Shown in pieces: positions 50,383-59,720 of a stretch of 64,000 bases of DNA. Both the position numbers and the translations under genes were made by a program. The stretch is from Novosphingobium sp. (lineage in GTDB: Bacteria; Pseudomonadota; Alphaproteobacteria; Sphingomonadales; Sphingomonadaceae). The notes under the pieces are model-generated. The model did no database searches and was not told the DNA's origin. It was given only the letters and a program-made list of their open reading frames with translations. The DNA lies in NCBI GenBank assembly GCA_030697365.1, contig JAUYQH010000200.1, forward strand, positions 4,670 to 68,669. The letters are read 5' to 3'. How positions within the stretch are numbered: the first letter of the stretch is position 1; each line of letters opens with the position of its first letter.

Positions 50383-50446
50383 TGCCTTTCAGGCATCCTC
50401 TCCCAAAAACTTTCAAGGCCCGGACGGCAACGTCCGGGCTTTTTTT
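50383..50446 (+). ncRNA. Candidate trans-acting sRNA with anti-Shine-Dalgarno tract (suhB/MmgR/GsrN-like architecture)
   Basis: Promoter TTGCAC-N17-CATATC (50349-50377); hairpin TGCCT-TTC-AGGCA; unpaired TCCTCTCCCAAAAACTT; terminator GCCCGGACG-GCAA-CGTCCGGGC plus T7. Confidence 0.6.
50418..50446 (+). terminator. Rho-independent terminator
   Basis: 9-bp GC stem, GCAA tetraloop, seven T. Confidence 0.9.
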
Positions 50447-50522
50447 ATCCGCGGTGGGGATCGAGCGCGATGCGGGCAACTAGCTCGGGACGACGGGTGA
50501 GTTAGGGTGATGTCATCAAGCC

Positions 50523-52334
50523 CTAAGCCTTGGCCAGCGCCGTACTCGTCAGGATTTCGGACAAGGTCCGGTTGCGCTCCACCAGTTTGAGGTTGGTCAG
50601 CTCGAGCTCGCGCACGCGGATGGCCTGGAGGTCGAGGCCGACCTGTTGGGTGGCCCAGCCAAGCACTTCGATCTCGTCGGGGCGGTAATCCTCGCCGGTG
50701 GGCTTGGGGCCGAGCAGGACGAAGCCGGCCAGCGCCGCCTGATGCATCATCGGCAGGGCGAGCGCGGCCTCTATCGACGAACCAAGCTCTGCGGGAACCA
50801 CCGCCCCCTGCTCGGCACGCATTGCCGCCAGCGCCGGCTCGTCGGCGTCGATGGTTGCTCCACTGGCGTCGGCGTAGTGCCCCTCCGCCGTCCGCGCATA
50901 GAGCGCCACATTCGCGCCGCCGGTGAAGCGGGCCAGCTCGGCGGCGAAGTTCCCCGCCAGCGCCTCGGGCTTCTCGACATGCGCCGCCGCGCGCACGAAG
51001 CGCCGCAGCGCTTGCTCGTTGAGCTGCCATTGGTGGAAGAACAATCGCTCGATGGCGTGCTCGACCTTATGATGGATGCGGTTGAACAGCAGGTAGAGGC
51101 TGACCGCGATCCCCGCGCTGATATAGACGCTGCCGCCATACCAGACCTTGGGTATCGCCTGCTTGATCGCCCATTCGATCAGCGCGAAGCTGACCAGCAG
51201 CAACACTCCGATCGCGCCGAACACCAGCGTTCGGTTTACCGCGAAGCCTAGGTCGAACAGCTTGTGGCGGAGGACTGCGTAGGCGAGCAGGCCGGGGGCG
51301 ACCACACCCTGCATTGCCGCATTGAAATAAATCAGACTGGCGCTGCTTTCGCCGCCAACAATCGAACCTGTCTGCATCGAGTCCCACGAATTCAACACGG
51401 CAGCAAACAGATAGGCGGACAAAGCAAAGACAATCAGCGCGATGCGATTGCGCTCCGCTGCTGAGCTAACGCGCCACCCCGCGACCAGATAAGCGATGGC
51501 AACCGCTATGCTGATTGACATTAGCGAGGAGGGGTACCCGGCACCGCCAGCCCAAGTCATATGGTAGGTCAGCCAGTATCTATCCCCGCCGTAGATACTC
51601 AGACTGACGAGACACCAGACGATCCAGATATTGAACAGTCGCCAATGCCATCGCGGCAATGCACCGGCCTGCTGTTCGAACATCCGCATCGCAAATGGAA
51701 TGAGCAACGCCGCAATAACAAAGAAAAGAATCAGCAGCCACCACATCGGCGCCGCCAGCCCGAGATCGGTTGCCCAAGGCGGCTGATTCGACCCGCCACG
51801 ACCGACCCCTGTGAGCGCAGCACCCAGCAACATGGCCGTTTGGTTGCCCCAACCGCGCCACAATATGAAGCAACCGACCAGAATCGAGATGATCACCGCA
51901 AGCAGATTTGCTATGCGCAGGCCATTGCTTCGTGCCTGCTCATGGCCAACAGGCAACGGCTCGACCACAATTTGATGCTCTGATCGAACACCGTCGCGAT
52001 CGAGCGTAAAGTTGATTCTGTCTCCGACCTCAGGCCGAATCTGGTAATAATAGGGGAGGTCGGTCCGCACAAAATCGCCATTGCGGATCCCCGCTTTGGC
52101 GACCGGACCATTGGGGTCGACTTCGACCATTCTGCCAAAGCCCGCTGGCGCTTTCGGATCGGGGATCGCTCTGCCGGAATTCAATGCGATTTCGCCAAGC
52201 AATCCGCTGCGATAGGCTGCCATATCGACCAGTGCCGTCATGCGGTTGCCGATCAGCAGCACCAGCAGCGCGATCAGCAGTACTTGCTGCCAGCGCGGCC
52301 AGCTCAGTTTTTCGGTTTCGGCGCGGCCCGTCAT
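50523..52334 (-). CDS. Membrane sensor-like protein: PDZ-like + multi-TM + GAF-like, no output domain
   Basis: VEVDPNGPVAKAGIRNGD PDZ-like motif; about 8 TM helices; ALALPM..LAGFVLLGPKPTGEDYRPDEIEVL GAF-like end, then a short coiled coil and stop. Confidence 0.75.
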   Translation of the reverse strand: MTGRAETEKLSWPRWQQVLLIALLVLLIGNRMTALVDMAAYRSGLLGEIALNSGRAIPDPKAPAGFGRMVEVDPNGPVAKAGIRNGDFVRTDLPYYYQIRPEVGDRINFTLDRDGVRSEHQIVVEPLPVGHEQARSNGLRIANLLAVIISILVGCFILWRGWGNQTAMLLGAALTGVGRGGSNQPPWATDLGLAAPMWWLLILFFVIAALLIPFAMRMFEQQAGALPRWHWRLFNIWIVWCLVSLSIYGGDRYWLTYHMTWAGGAGYPSSLMSISIAVAIAYLVAGWRVSSAAERNRIALIVFALSAYLFAAVLNSWDSMQTGSIVGGESSASLIYFNAAMQGVVAPGLLAYAVLRHKLFDLGFAVNRTLVFGAIGVLLLVSFALIEWAIKQAIPKVWYGGSVYISAGIAVSLYLLFNRIHHKVEHAIERLFFHQWQLNEQALRRFVRAAAHVEKPEALAGNFAAELARFTGGANVALYARTAEGHYADASGATIDADEPALAAMRAEQGAVVPAELGSSIEAALALPMMHQAALAGFVLLGPKPTGEDYRPDEIEVLGWATQQVGLDLQAIRVRELELTNLKLVERNRTLSEILTSTALAKA

Positions 52335-52440
52335 GCCTTCTCCCGTCTGGAGAGCGGTCGCGACACCGGGTTGCAGAGTGACCCGCCGCCGGGAGTGGTG
52401 TCAATTTGCTTTGGCACCGCTTCGGGCTGGGTCCCGAACG

Positions 52441-52465
52441 GGAACGCATCGCTCAAACCCCCGTT
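52441..52465 (+). promoter_or_regulatory. EcfG (sigma-T/RpoE2) general-stress promoter for the Cdc48-like ATPase
   Basis: Exact GGAAC-N16-CGTT, 57 nt before the ATG at 52523. Confidence 0.78.
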
Positions 52466-52522
52466 TGCATTCCCGGTCGCGCGTTCCTAGCTGTTGCCGG
52501 GACGAAACGGACAGGACGAAGC

Positions 52523-54841
52523 ATGGCTGACGCAGCGACCGCGATCGCACCCATTGACAATGGCATCCGGCTTCAGGTCGCGGGCGCGCGGCAGGAGGAG
52601 AGCGGCACCGGCTTTGCCCGGATCAGCCGCGCGACGATGGCGCAGCTCGGGATCACCGAGGGCGACGTGATCGAGATCGAGGGCAAGCGCGCCACCGCGG
52701 CGCGCGCGATCCTGCCGCATCCCGAGGACGAGGGGATCGAGGTGATCCGCCTCGACGGGCTCCAGCGCGCCAACGCCGAAGTCGCCTCGGGCGAGCACGT
52801 GATCGTCCGCAAGGCCGAGGCCAAGCCCGCGCAGCGCGTGGTGTTCGCCCCCGCGCAGCGCGAGCTGCGCCTGCAAGGCCCGGCGCAGGCGCTCAAGCGC
52901 AACTTCTTCCAGCGCCCGTTCGCCACCGGCGATCTCGTCGCCACCGCCGGCCAACAGCAGGTCGATCGCAGCGACATGCCGCCGCAGCTGCGCCAGATGC
53001 TCGACGTCCCCGCGTTCGCGCTGACCCAGATTCGCCTCTCGGTGATCGCCACGGTGCCGCGGGGGATCGTCTACATCGACGAGAACACCGAGGTGGAACT
53101 GCGCGCCGAATACGAGGAGCCGCGCGACAGCCGCGCCGAGCTCAACTATGACGACGTCGGCGGGATCGGCGACACCGTCCGCCAGTTGCGCGAGATGGTC
53201 GAACTGCCGCTGCGCTATCCCGAGCTGTTCCGCCGGCTGGGTGTCGATCCGCCCAAGGGGGTGCTGCTCCACGGCCCGCCGGGAACGGGCAAAACCCGCC
53301 TCGCCAAGGCGGTGGCGAACGAGAGCGACGCCAGCTTCTTCACGATCAACGGTCCCGAGATCATGGGATCGGCCTATGGCGAGAGCGAAAAACGGCTGCG
53401 CGAGGTGTTCGAGGAGGCCAAGCGTTCCTCCCCCGCGATCATCATCATCGACGAGATCGATTCGATCGCCCCCAAACGCGATCAGGTCCACGGAGAGGCC
53501 GAAAAGCGCCTCGTCGCGCAGCTCCTGACGCTGATGGACGGGATCGAATCGCGCGTCAGCCTGGTAGTGATCGCCGCGACGAATCGCCCCAACGCGATCG
53601 ACGAGGCGCTGCGCCGCCCCGGCCGGTTCGACCGCGAGATCGTGATCGGGGTGCCCGACGAGGGAGGGCGCCGCGAGATTCTGGCAATCCACACCCGCGG
53701 CATGCCGCTGGGCGAGGGGGTCGATCTCAAGGAGCTGGCGCGCACCACCCACGGCTTCGTCGGCGCCGATCTCGCCGCGCTGACCCGCGAGGCGGCGATC
53801 GAGGCGGTGCGGCGGATCATGCCCCTGCTCGATCTTGAAGCGCAGACGATCCCGCCCGAAGTGCTCGACGACCTGCGGGTGGAGCGCGAGGACTTCCTCG
53901 ACGCGCTCAAGCGCATCCAGCCGAGTGCGATGCGCGAAGTGATGGTCCAGGTGCCGACTGTGGGTTGGGACGATGTCGGCGGGCTCGACGACGCGCAGGA
54001 GACGCTGCGCGAGGGGATCGAACTGCCAATGAAGCATCCCGAGGCGTTCCACCGCCTGGGTATCCGCCCCGCCAAGGGCTTCCTGCTCTATGGCCCGCCC
54101 GGCACCGGCAAGACGCTGCTCGCCAAGGCGGTGGCCAAGGAAGCCGAGGCCAACTTCATCTCGATCAAATCGTCCGACCTGCTCAGCAAGTGGTTCGGCG
54201 AGAGCGAGCAGCAGATCGCGCGGCTGTTCGCGCGCGCGCGACAGGTCGCGCCGTGCATCGTGTTCATCGACGAGATCGACAGCCTGGTCCCCGCGCGCGG
54301 CAGCAGCGCGGGCGAGCCGCAGGCGACCGCGCGGGTGGTCAACACCATCCTCGCCGAGATGGACGGGCTGGAGGAGCTGCAATCGGTGATCGTGATCGGT
54401 GCGACCAACCGCCCGGCGCTGGTCGATCCGGCGTTGCTCCGGCCGGGCCGGTTCGACGAACTGGTCTATGTCGGCACGCCAAGCGAGGAAGGCCGCGTCC
54501 ATATCCTAAAGATCCACACCGCGGCGATGCCGCTGGCGAGCGATGTCGATCTCGCCAAGGTCGCGGCAGAGACCGCGCGCTTCACCGGAGCCGATCTGGA
54601 AGACGTGGTCCGCCGCGCAGGCCTCAACGCGCTGCGCCGCGCCGGGTCGCAAGTCAGCGAGGTGACCGGCGAGGACTTCCGCGAAGCGCTCTCCGATTCG
54701 CGCGCTACGGTGACCGAGGAGATGGAGAAGGAATACGAGAAGATGAAGGGCGAATTGAAGAAGCGCGCGATGGCCGTCTCGCCGATCGGTTTCATCGCGC
54801 CGGGCATGGTGAGTTCGACAAGGGATGTGAAGCACGGGTGA
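52523..54841 (+). CDS. CDC48/p97/VAT family AAA+ ATPase
   Basis: N-domain (double-psi barrel: ARIS...[10 protein letters not shown]), two AAA modules each with [14 protein letters not shown] and NRP..ID.AL.RPGRFD. Confidence 0.95.
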   Translation: MADAATAIAPIDNGIRLQVAGARQEESGTGFARISRATMAQLGITEGDVIEIEGKRATAARAILPHPEDEGIEVIRLDGLQRANAEVASGEHVIVRKAEAKPAQRVVFAPAQRELRLQGPAQALKRNFFQRPFATGDLVATAGQQQVDRSDMPPQLRQMLDVPAFALTQIRLSVIATVPRGIVYIDENTEVELRAEYEEPRDSRAELNYDDVGGIGDTVRQLREMVELPLRYPELFRRLGVDPPKGVLLHGPPGTGKTRLAKAVANESDASFFTINGPEIMGSAYGESEKRLREVFEEAKRSSPAIIIIDEIDSIAPKRDQVHGEAEKRLVAQLLTLMDGIESRVSLVVIAATNRPNAIDEALRRPGRFDREIVIGVPDEGGRREILAIHTRGMPLGEGVDLKELARTTHGFVGADLAALTREAAIEAVRRIMPLLDLEAQTIPPEVLDDLRVEREDFLDALKRIQPSAMREVMVQVPTVGWDDVGGLDDAQETLREGIELPMKHPEAFHRLGIRPAKGFLLYGPPGTGKTLLAKAVAKEAEANFISIKSSDLLSKWFGESEQQIARLFARARQVAPCIVFIDEIDSLVPARGSSAGEPQATARVVNTILAEMDGLEELQSVIVIGATNRPALVDPALLRPGRFDELVYVGTPSEEGRVHILKIHTAAMPLASDVDLAKVAAETARFTGADLEDVVRRAGLNALRRAGSQVSEVTGEDFREALSDSRATVTEEMEKEYEKMKGELKKRAMAVSPIGFIAPGMVSSTRDVKHG

Positions 54842-54847
54842 CGCCGG

Positions 54848-56152
54848 TCAGCCCACCGGAAACTCCATTGTCACTTCAACCCCGGTCGGGTGGAAGCTGC
54901 GCTCGATCGTTCCGCCGATTTGCCGCGCCGACCCGGCGATAAGCATGCTGCCGAAACCCTCCTCGGCGGGCGGCGATTCGAGCGCGGCGCCGTCCTCACG
55001 CCAGGTGAGGCGAACCCGCTTGGCATCGCGTTTCCATTCTACCGCCAGCGTGCCCTCGGCAGTGGCCAGAGAGCCGTACTTGACCGCGTTGGTCGCCAGT
55101 TCGTGCAGGACCAGCCCCAGCGGAACCGCCATAGTCGAGCGCAAGGTTACCGGATCGCCGTCTATCCGATAGCGCGAGCCGTCCAGCCGGTAGGGCGCGA
55201 GCGCGGTCTCGATCAGTTCGCGCAGTTCGATCGTCTGCAGCGCGCCGTCGCCCTGGGTCACCTCGTGCGAGCGCAGCAGCGCGTGGAGCCGCTCGGCGAT
55301 CTTGTCGACCGTCGCCTTGGCCGCGGGATCGCCCCTGCCGCTCATCCGGACGATCGCCAGGACCACCGCGAACAGGTTCTTGACCCGGTGGTTTAGCTCG
55401 CGTGCGAGCAAGTCGGCACGGTCGCGCGCCTCGCTCAGGTCCTGTGCGGTGGCGGCCAACGCCTCTGCCCGCGCGCCTCTCACAACCTGCCACAGCCCCA
55501 ACACAAGCGCCCCCAGGATCAGCCCGAGCAGCCCCACGAGCAGCGGTGCCATCCGGCTTTCCAGGCGCAGGGTAATCGCGGCTGCCTGTCGGAGCCGACC
55601 CTCCTCTATCGCCTCCAGCTCACCCGCGGTTGCTCGCAGCTCGGTCATCAAGTCCTGACCTTCGTCGCTGAGCAGGCGCTCCTTGGCGTCGAGAATTTGC
55701 CCGTCGTCGACCAGCGAGACGGTCTCGGCCATTTCCGCGAACTTGGCGTCGGCGAGCTTCTCGACCCGCGCGCGCAGATCGCGCTGGGGCCGATCGGCGA
55801 CGGGATCGAGCAGCGCGTGCAAGCGCCGCATTGCCGCCGGGTACGACGCGGCGCCGAGCTGGTACGGCGCCAGATAGCGCCGGTCGAGCGTGAGGATGTA
55901 ACCGCGCTGTCCGGTCTCGGCATTGACCGTGGCGCTGACGATCTCGCGCAGCGTATCGAGCACATCGCGGGTCTGCGCGGCCTGCACCCGCTCGGCGCGC
56001 TCGGCGCGAACGGTTGAAAATATCAGCCAGGTCGCAGCGAGCAGCGACAGCGCGACCAGCGCGAACAGCGCGAGACTGGCCATCCCCGGCGCGGTACGGC
56101 GCCAGCCTAGGCGCTTGCGCGCAAACAGCTGCTGTTCGGTTTCAGAGTCCAT
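54848..56152 (-). CDS. CHASE3 sensor histidine kinase, HWE family
   Basis: Two TM helices flanking NAETGQRGYIL (CHASE3); ELNHRVKNL H-box, HELATNAVKYG, WRE, GFGS. Confidence 0.92.
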   Translation of the reverse strand: MDSETEQQLFARKRLGWRRTAPGMASLALFALVALSLLAATWLIFSTVRAERAERVQAAQTRDVLDTLREIVSATVNAETGQRGYILTLDRRYLAPYQLGAASYPAAMRRLHALLDPVADRPQRDLRARVEKLADAKFAEMAETVSLVDDGQILDAKERLLSDEGQDLMTELRATAGELEAIEEGRLRQAAAITLRLESRMAPLLVGLLGLILGALVLGLWQVVRGARAEALAATAQDLSEARDRADLLARELNHRVKNLFAVVLAIVRMSGRGDPAAKATVDKIAERLHALLRSHEVTQGDGALQTIELRELIETALAPYRLDGSRYRIDGDPVTLRSTMAVPLGLVLHELATNAVKYGSLATAEGTLAVEWKRDAKRVRLTWREDGAALESPPAEEGFGSMLIAGSARQIGGTIERSFHPTGVEVTMEFPVG

Positions 56153-56202
56153 CGGCCGGGCGACGCTAGGCGACGGCAGGATTGGTCACAAGACGCGCGC
56201 GG

Positions 56203-59043
56203 TCAATGCGCCGCGCCCCAGCTGCGCCCGGTGCCGATCTCGATCCCCAGCGGCACATCGAGCCGTACCGATGGAAGCGCCGCTTCGGCCATGACCCGCT
56301 CGATCACCGGCGAGGCCGCGGCGACATCGGCTTCGGGCAGTTCGAACACGAGTTCGTCGTGGACCTGGAGCAGCATCCGCACATGTCCGAGTCCGGCGTC
56401 GGCCAGCGCGGGCATCATGCGCACCATAGCGCGCTTGATGATGTCGGCGCTGGTCCCCTGGATCGGCGCATTGATCGCGGCGCGTTCGGAGCCGCTGCGC
56501 TCGTTGGGATTGCGCGAGTTGATCCGCGGGAACCAGGTTTTCCGCCCGAACAGCGTTTCCGAATAACCGCGCTCACGCACGTTCTCGAGCGTGGCGACGA
56601 TGTAGCGCTGAATACCGGGGAAGCGTTGGAAGTAGCGGTCGATCATCGCTTGCGCTTCGTCGGCAGTGACCGCGAGCCGCCCTGCGAGGCCCCAGCGCGA
56701 GATGCCGTAGAGGATCGCGAAGTTGATCGTCTTGGCGCGCCCGCGGGTATCGCGGTTGACCTCGCCGAACATCTCCAACGCGGTGCGCGCGTGGATGTCC
56801 TCGCCCGCAGCGAACGCCTCTTTCAATGGCGGCACGTCGGCCATGTGCGCCGCGAGCCGCAGCTCGATCTGCGAATAGTCCGCGGCCAAAAGCACGTTCC
56901 CCGGCTCGGCGACAAAGGCGTCGCGGATCTGGCGGCCGATCTCGGTGCGGATAGGAATGTTCTGCAGGTTCGGATCGGTCGAACTGAGCCGCCCGGTCTG
57001 CGCACCGACCAGGCTATAGCTGGTGTGGACGCGGCCCGTCGCCGGGTTGATCGCCGCTTGCAATGCCTCGGTGTAGGTCGACTTGAGCTTGGACAACTGG
57101 CGCCATTCGAGGACTTTGGTGGGCATCTCGGCCCCCTGCGCGGCCAGCCCTTCGAGGATGCCGACGTCGGTCGAATATTGCCCGCTCTTGCCCTTGCGTC
57201 CGCCCTTGTAGCCCAGTTTGTCGAACAGGATATCGCCTAGCTGCTTGGGGCTGCCGATGGTGAAGCTCTGGCCGGCGAGGCCGTGAATTTCGGTCTCCAA
57301 CGCTGCGATGGCGTACGTGAACTCGGTCGAGAGCCCCGCCAGCCGCTGGGCATCGACCTTAATCCCATGCCGCTCCATCTGCGCGACCACCGGGATCAGC
57401 GGGCGGTCGACTTGCTGGTACACCCGTGTCCCCGCTTCCTCGGCAAGTCGCGGCTTGAGCAGCTTCCACAGCTGCCAGGTGACGTCGGCGTCCTCAGCCG
57501 CGTAACGGGTGGCGCGGTCGAGCGGGACTTCGCCGAAGGGAATCGCCTTCTTGCCCGTGCCGCAGATGTCCTTGAAGGTCAGCGTGGTATGCGCGAGGTG
57601 GCAGGTCGCGAGCTCGTCCATCCCGTGGCCGCCGCCGATCCCGTCCTCGCCGCGCCCCGCGTCGAGATCGAAGCTGATCACCATCGTATCGTCGATCGGC
57701 GCGACGGCGATCCCGTGGCGCGCGAAGATGTTGATATCGTATTTAGCGTTTTGCCCGATCTTGAGCACCGCGTCGCTTTCGAGCAGCGGTTTCAGCCGGG
57801 CGAGCGCCTCTGCCTTGCCGATCTGGAGCGGCTTCTCGGCGAACATGTCCGAGCCGCCGTGGCCGAGCGGGATGTAGCAGGCGTCGTTGGGGCCAAGCGC
57901 GAGGCTGACCCCCGCCAGATCGGCGCGCATCGCGTCTAGCGAGCTGGTCTCGGTATCGAACGCCACGATCCTTGCTGCGAAGGCGCGCGCGATCCACGCA
58001 TCCAGCGCCTCGACAGACTGGACGCATTCGTAGGCGTCGAGATCGACCGCGGGCCATTCGGGCAGCGTCTGGCGGCTGCCCTGCGGCGCGGCGGGTGCGC
58101 CGGCGGTGACCGGCTTGGCAGGATGAAGCTGGGTCGCCGGACCGGGCGCACTGCCACCCACCCCCAACCGTTTAAGCAGGCTGGTGAAGCCGTGTTCGGT
58201 CAGGAACGCGGCGAGCGGATCGGGGGGAATCGCGGTCAGCGCGAATTCCTCGATCGGGATCGGCAGCTCGCAGTCCTCCTTGAGCTGGACGAGCACCCGC
58301 GATAGCCGCGCCATCTCGGCCTGATCGATCAGACTCTGCTGCATCTTCGACGGCTTCATCGTCGGCGCGGCGGCAAGCGCGCTTTCGAGATCGCCATAGT
58401 CCTGGATCAGCTTTGTCGCGGTCTTGGGGCCGATCCCGCGGATGCCCGGCACGTTGTCCACCGCATCGCCCATCAGCGCGAGCACGTCACCGACTTTCTC
58501 GGGGAGCACCCCGAACTTCTCGACCACTTCGGGAATGTCGATGCGCTGGTTCTTCATCGTGTCGAGCATGTCGATGCAACCGCCGCCTTCGGCGCATCTG
58601 CCGACGAGCTGCATGAGATCCTTGTCTGAGCTGACGATGGTCACGTCCCAGCCGCGCAGCGTCGCGGCGCGGGCATAGCTGGCGATCAGGTCATCGGCTT
58701 CGAGGTCGTCCTCTTCGATGCACGGCAGGCTGAACGCGCGGGTTGCGTCGCGAATCAACGGGAACTGGGGGACGAGGTCCTCGGGCGGAGGCGGGCGGTT
58801 GGCCTTGTACTGGTCGTACAGCGCGTTGCGGAAGCTGGTCGAGCCCTTGTCGAGGATTACCGCCAGATGCGTCGGTCCGTCGGCCTTGTTGAGGTCTTCG
58901 GCGAGCCGCCACAGCATCGTGGTGTAGCCATAGACCGCGCCAACCGGGACCCCGTGCGGGTTGGTCAGCGGGGGCAGGCGATGATAGGCCCGGAAGATGT
59001 AGGCGGAGCCATCGACTAGGTAGAGATGCTGGCGATCGGACAT
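56203..59043 (-). CDS. polA: DNA polymerase I
   Basis: LVDGSAYIFRAY, EADDLIA, FDTET, SSTDPNLQNIP, ADYSQIELR, AKTINFAILYG, LLQVHDEL. Confidence 0.98.
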   Translation of the reverse strand: MSDRQHLYLVDGSAYIFRAYHRLPPLTNPHGVPVGAVYGYTTMLWRLAEDLNKADGPTHLAVILDKGSTSFRNALYDQYKANRPPPPEDLVPQFPLIRDATRAFSLPCIEEDDLEADDLIASYARAATLRGWDVTIVSSDKDLMQLVGRCAEGGGCIDMLDTMKNQRIDIPEVVEKFGVLPEKVGDVLALMGDAVDNVPGIRGIGPKTATKLIQDYGDLESALAAAPTMKPSKMQQSLIDQAEMARLSRVLVQLKEDCELPIPIEEFALTAIPPDPLAAFLTEHGFTSLLKRLGVGGSAPGPATQLHPAKPVTAGAPAAPQGSRQTLPEWPAVDLDAYECVQSVEALDAWIARAFAARIVAFDTETSSLDAMRADLAGVSLALGPNDACYIPLGHGGSDMFAEKPLQIGKAEALARLKPLLESDAVLKIGQNAKYDINIFARHGIAVAPIDDTMVISFDLDAGRGEDGIGGGHGMDELATCHLAHTTLTFKDICGTGKKAIPFGEVPLDRATRYAAEDADVTWQLWKLLKPRLAEEAGTRVYQQVDRPLIPVVAQMERHGIKVDAQRLAGLSTEFTYAIAALETEIHGLAGQSFTIGSPKQLGDILFDKLGYKGGRKGKSGQYSTDVGILEGLAAQGAEMPTKVLEWRQLSKLKSTYTEALQAAINPATGRVHTSYSLVGAQTGRLSSTDPNLQNIPIRTEIGRQIRDAFVAEPGNVLLAADYSQIELRLAAHMADVPPLKEAFAAGEDIHARTALEMFGEVNRDTRGRAKTINFAILYGISRWGLAGRLAVTADEAQAMIDRYFQRFPGIQRYIVATLENVRERGYSETLFGRKTWFPRINSRNPNERSGSERAAINAPIQGTSADIIKRAMVRMMPALADAGLGHVRMLLQVHDELVFELPEADVAAASPVIERVMAEAALPSVRLDVPLGIEIGTGRSWGAAH

Positions 59044-59346
59044 GGCGGACGCCTAGCAGCGCGCATTCCGGGCGTCACGTCGGGCGGAGCTAAAGTTCTG
59101 AGAAACCGGCCAGCGCCGCACGCGTTAGCCTGTAGCCGACGTCACATCGCTGCCACAATCGGCGGATATCCTGCATTCTGCGGGCTATTGCGGCGAGCCG
59201 ATGCGCTCGGCGCTTGCAGAGTCGCGCGCAACCCATTATTTGGCGCCGCGAAGTCTGCCTAATGAGTAGACTTTGTGCGGCGGTTCTTGGACAACGGGTC
59301 TCCGCGCGGTCCACTCCATCTATCTGTCCTTTAAGGGAACTCTCGA

Positions 59347-59628
59347 ATGCGCAAACTGATCCTCGCCGCGGTTGTCGGCACTGCCTTCGCTCTCGCCGGC
59401 TGCTCGGAAAAGACCGAGGACGCCGCTGCCACCACCGCCGATGCCGCTGCCTCGGACGCTGCTGCGAACGTCGACGCAATGGCGACTGGCGCTGCCGAAG
59501 CCGCCGAAGAAGCCGCCGATGCGACTGCTGACGCCGCTGCCAAGGCTGGCGCAGTTGCCGAAGGCGCCGCTGCCGGTGCCGAAGCTGCTGCCCAGGGCGA
59601 GACCCCGGCCGAAGCCAAGCAGGACTAA
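59347..59628 (+). CDS. Small Ala/Glu/Asp-rich lipoprotein
   Basis: RBS AAGGGA; lipobox LAGC; highly biased codons; own terminator. Confidence 0.85.
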   Translation: MRKLILAAVVGTAFALAGCSEKTEDAAATTADAAASDAAANVDAMATGAAEAAEEAADATADAAAKAGAVAEGAAAGAEAAAQGETPAEAKQD

Positions 59629-59650
59629 GCCTTACCGGCTTGCCAAAACG

Positions 59651-59682
59651 AAGGGCGCGGCCTTGCGGCCGCGCCCTTTTTT
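59651..59682. terminator. Rho-independent (probably bidirectional) terminator
   Basis: AAGGGCGCGGCC-TTGC-GGCCGCGCCCTT plus T tract. Confidence 0.88.
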
Positions 59683-59720
59683 GTTTGTCCGCGACGTTTC
59701 TGTCCGCGACTAGCGCGAGG

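Noticed and set aside
59251-59273. AAGTCT-N11-AGACTT palindrome between polA and the small lipoprotein
   Set aside because: Six-bp arms with a long spacer can arise by chance; no regulator motif recognised
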